A stretch of DNA of 21,201 bases. Origin: Chiloscyllium plagiosum. Lineage: Eukaryota. Positions 18,691-21,201 of the stretch are shown in pieces. The position numbers and the translations under genes are program-made. The number at the start of each line of letters is the position of its first letter. Position 1 is the first letter of the stretch. The notes under the pieces are model-generated. The model was not told where the DNA came from. It worked only from the letters and a program-made list of their open reading frames with translations, and searched no databases. The stretch spans positions 54,569,622 through 54,590,822 of the forward strand of contig NC_057728.1 of the NCBI RefSeq assembly GCF_004010195.1, given 5' to 3'.

Positions 18691-19895
18691 TTACACCGGC
18701 ACCACTCCCCACCTCTTCCTCCGCTACATTGATGACTGCATTGGCGCCACCTCGTGCTCCCGCGAGGAGGTTGAGCAATTCATCAACTTCACCAACACAT
18801 TTCACCCTGACCTTAAATTTACCTGGACCATCTCTGACACCTCCCTCCCCTTCCTGGTTGACACTGACATTTCTTACAAACCCACCGACTCCNNNNNNNN
18901 NNNNNNNNNNNNNNNNNNNNNNNNNNNNNNNNNNNNNNNNNNNNNNNNNNNNNNNNNNNNNNNNNNNNNNNNNNNNNNNNNNNNNNNNNNNNNNNNNNNN
19001 NNNNNNNNNNNNNNNNNNNNNNNNNNNNNNNNNNNNNNNNNNNNNNNNNNNNNNNNNNNNNNNNNNNNNNNNNNNNNNNNNNNNNNNNNNNNNNNNNNNN
19101 NNNNNNNNNNNNNNNNNNNNNNNNNNNNNNNNNNNNNNNNNNNNNNNNNNNNNNNNNNNNNNNNNNNNNNNNNNNNNNNNNNNNNNNNNNNNNNNNNNNN
19201 NNNNNNNNNNNNNNNNNNNNNNNNNNNNNNNNNNNNNNNNNNNNNNNNNNNNNNNNNNNNNNNNNNNNNNNNNNNNNNNNNNNNNNNNNNNNNNNNNNNN
19301 NNNNNNNNNNNNNNNNNNNNNNNNNNNNNNNNNNNNNNNNNNNNNNNNNNNNNNNNNNNNNNNNNNNNNNNNNNNNNNNNNNNNNNNNNNNNNNNNNNNN
19401 NNNNNNNNNNNNNNNNNNNNNNNNNNNNNNNNNNNNNNNNNNNNNNNNNNNNNNNNNNNNNNNNNNNNNNNNNNNNNNNNNNNNNNNNNNNNNNNNNNNN
19501 NNNNNNNNNNNNNNNNNNNNNNNNNNNNNNNNNNNNNNNNNNNNNNNNNNNNNNNNNNNNNNNNNNNNNNNNNNNNNNNNNNNNNNNNNNNNNNNNNNNN
19601 NNNNNNNNNNNNNNNNNNNNNNNNNNNNNNNNNNNNNNNNNNNNNNNNNNNNNNNNNNNNNNNNNNNNNNNNNNNNNNNNNNNNNNNNNNNCAGACCTAT
19701 CACCTTCATCCCCTCCCCCACTCACCTATTGTACTCTATGTTACTTTCTCCCCACCCCCACCCTTCTCTCATTTATCTCTCCTCCCTTCAGGATCTCTGC
19801 CTGTATTTCTGATGAAGGGCTTTTGCCTGACACATCAATTTTACTGCTCCTCGGATGCTGCCTGAACTGCTGTGCTTTTCCAGCACCATTCTAAT
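18691..19895 (+). mobile_element. Penelope-like element (RT fragment, gap, 3' pLTR)
   Basis: YTGTTPHLFLRYIDDCIGA...FINFTNTFHPDLKFTWTISDTSLPFL...YKPTDS is PLE RT with YIDD. After the gap come a C-rich UTR and CTGATGA-A-GGGC-TTTT-GCCT (19809-19828). Continuity across the gap is assumed. Confidence 0.85.
18893..19691. other. Assembly gap (N run)
   Basis: Run of n. Confidence 1.
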
Positions 19896-19914
19896 CTAGG
19901 CTGAGTCCACACCA

Positions 19915-20147
19915 TTGGGGACACTGGTGTTAAGCAAACAGCTATTTGTCTCTTAATAAACATCACAAAAAGAATGATCAGATCATTATTACATTCCTTT
20001 TTGTGTGAGGTTCCTAAGTGCAAAATTGGCTGCCATATTTCCTACTTTGCAACAATAAATGCTTCACAAAGGAATTCATTGGTTGTCAAGTGCCTTGAGA
20101 CACCTGGTGGCAATTAAAGGTATTGCATAAATGCATGTCTTTATTGC
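19915..20147 (+). mobile_element. DeuSINE 3' half
   Basis: GTGCAAAATTGGCTGCCATATTTCCTACTTTGCAACA...TTCATTGGTTGTCAAGTGCCTTGAGAC...ATAAATGCATGTCTT. Confidence 0.7.
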
Positions 20148-20149
20148 TT

Positions 20150-20297
20150 CTGGGACCTCCAATTCTGGCCTTTCTGTGCAGTCAATTCTCAACAGTTTCA
20201 TACTTGGTAGCTGTGCTGAGGCTTAAACTCAGGAATTCCCTCCTTAAACCTCTGTGCTTCTCTCCCCTCCTTTAAGGCAGCCTTGACCAAGCTTTAA
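20150..20297 (+). mobile_element. L2-type LINE 3' fragment
   Basis: CCTCCAATTCTGGCCT...GGAATTCCCTCCTTAAACCTCT...CCTTTAAG...TTGACCAAGCTTT. Confidence 0.5.
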
Positions 20298-20403
20298 GTC
20301 ATAGAGTCATGAAGTCATATAACATCGAAACAGACCTTTTGGTCCAACGCATCTGTATCAATCAGACATCCCAGTCTAATCTAGTCCTATTTTCCAGCAT
20401 TTT
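20298..20403 (-). mobile_element. Short CR1 3'-tail copy adjacent to the larger CR1
   Basis: GTCATAGAGTCAT...GAAACAGACCTTTTGGTCCAAC repeats the pattern at 20406-20500 with divergence. Confidence 0.8.
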
Positions 20404-21201
20404 GAGTCATAGAGTCATAGAGATGTATAGCATGGAAACAGACCCTTCGGTCCAACCTGTCCATGCCAATCCAATATCCCAACCCAATCAATCCCACCTG
20501 CCAGCACCAGGCACATATCACTCCAAACATTTCCTATTCATATACCCATCCAGATGCCTCTTAAATGTTGCAATTGGACCAGCCTCCACCACTTCCTCTG
20601 GCAACCCATTCCATACACGTACCACCCTCTGTGTGAAAATGTTGTCTTATGGTCTCTTTTCTATCTTTCCCCTCTCACCCTAAACCTATGCCATCTAGTT
20701 CTGGACTCCCCCACCCGAGGGAAAAGACTTTGTCTATTTATCCTATCCATGTCCCTCATAATTGTGTAAACCTCTATAAGGTCACTCCTCAGCTTCCGAT
20801 GCTCCAGGGAAAACAGCCCCATCCTGTTCAGCCTCTCCCTATAACTCAAATCCTCCAACCCTGGCAACATTCTTGCAAATTTTTTCTGAACCCTTTCAAG
20901 TTTCACAACATCTTTCCGGTAGGAAGGAGACCAGAATTACACACAATATTCCAACGGTGGCCTAACCAATGATCTGTACAGCCGCAACATGACCTCCCAA
21001 CTCCTGGACTCAGTACTCTGACCTATAAAGGAAAGCATACCAAATGCCTTCTTCACTATCCTAGCTACCTGCAACTCCACTTTCAAGGAGCTATGAACCT
21101 GCACTCCAAGGTCTCTTTGTTCAGCAACACTCCCTAGGACCTTACCATTAAGTGTATAAGTCCTGCTAAGATTTGCTTTCCCAAAACGCAGCACCTCGCA
21201 T
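20404..21201 (-). mobile_element. CR1 LINE (ORF2 C-terminal half and 3' UTR), runs off the window
   Basis: QRDLGVQVHSSLKV...LYRSLVRPPLEYCV, LERVQKKFARMLPGLEDLSYRERLNRMGLFSLEHRKLRSDLIEVY. Tail is (TCATAGAG)n on the plus strand. Confidence 0.95.

Noticed and set aside
18626..19894. 283-422 aa ORFs
   Set aside because: They span the N gap. Only the ~65-codon PLE RT piece at 18691-18892 is meaningful, and it appears internally deleted between LPFL and VDTDI.

Overview
Eukaryotic, repeat-dense, apparently non-coding DNA with two assembly gaps (402-869, 18893-19691). The repeat mix points to a cartilaginous fish, probably a shark (inference): HE1-type V-SINEs, DeuSINE/SacSINE-like relics, CR1 LINEs with (CTCTATGA)n tails and Neptune-type Penelope-like elements (PLEs). 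No host protein-coding gene is supported; the longer ORFs are decayed retroelement fragments, chimeras or N-run artefacts. The main structural signal is a recurring class of short PLE-derived fold-back insertions from at least three sequence families (870-1480, 3733-3932, 6912-7123, 8292-8478, 13220-13416, 13926-14090, 14472-14555, 17783-17998). Most have visible 10-16 bp target-site duplications, an unpaired ~35-44 nt tail on one side, and an inversion point in or next to a minimal, loop-less type I hammerhead ribozyme motif whose helices covary between families. Other points: a solo LTR, two short tRNA-derived SINEs stacked in the A-box of another SINE, and a 141-nt hairpin (15817-15957) in non-repetitive-looking sequence. 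Repeat family names come from motif recognition, not from a database search, and boundaries of old repeats are approximate.
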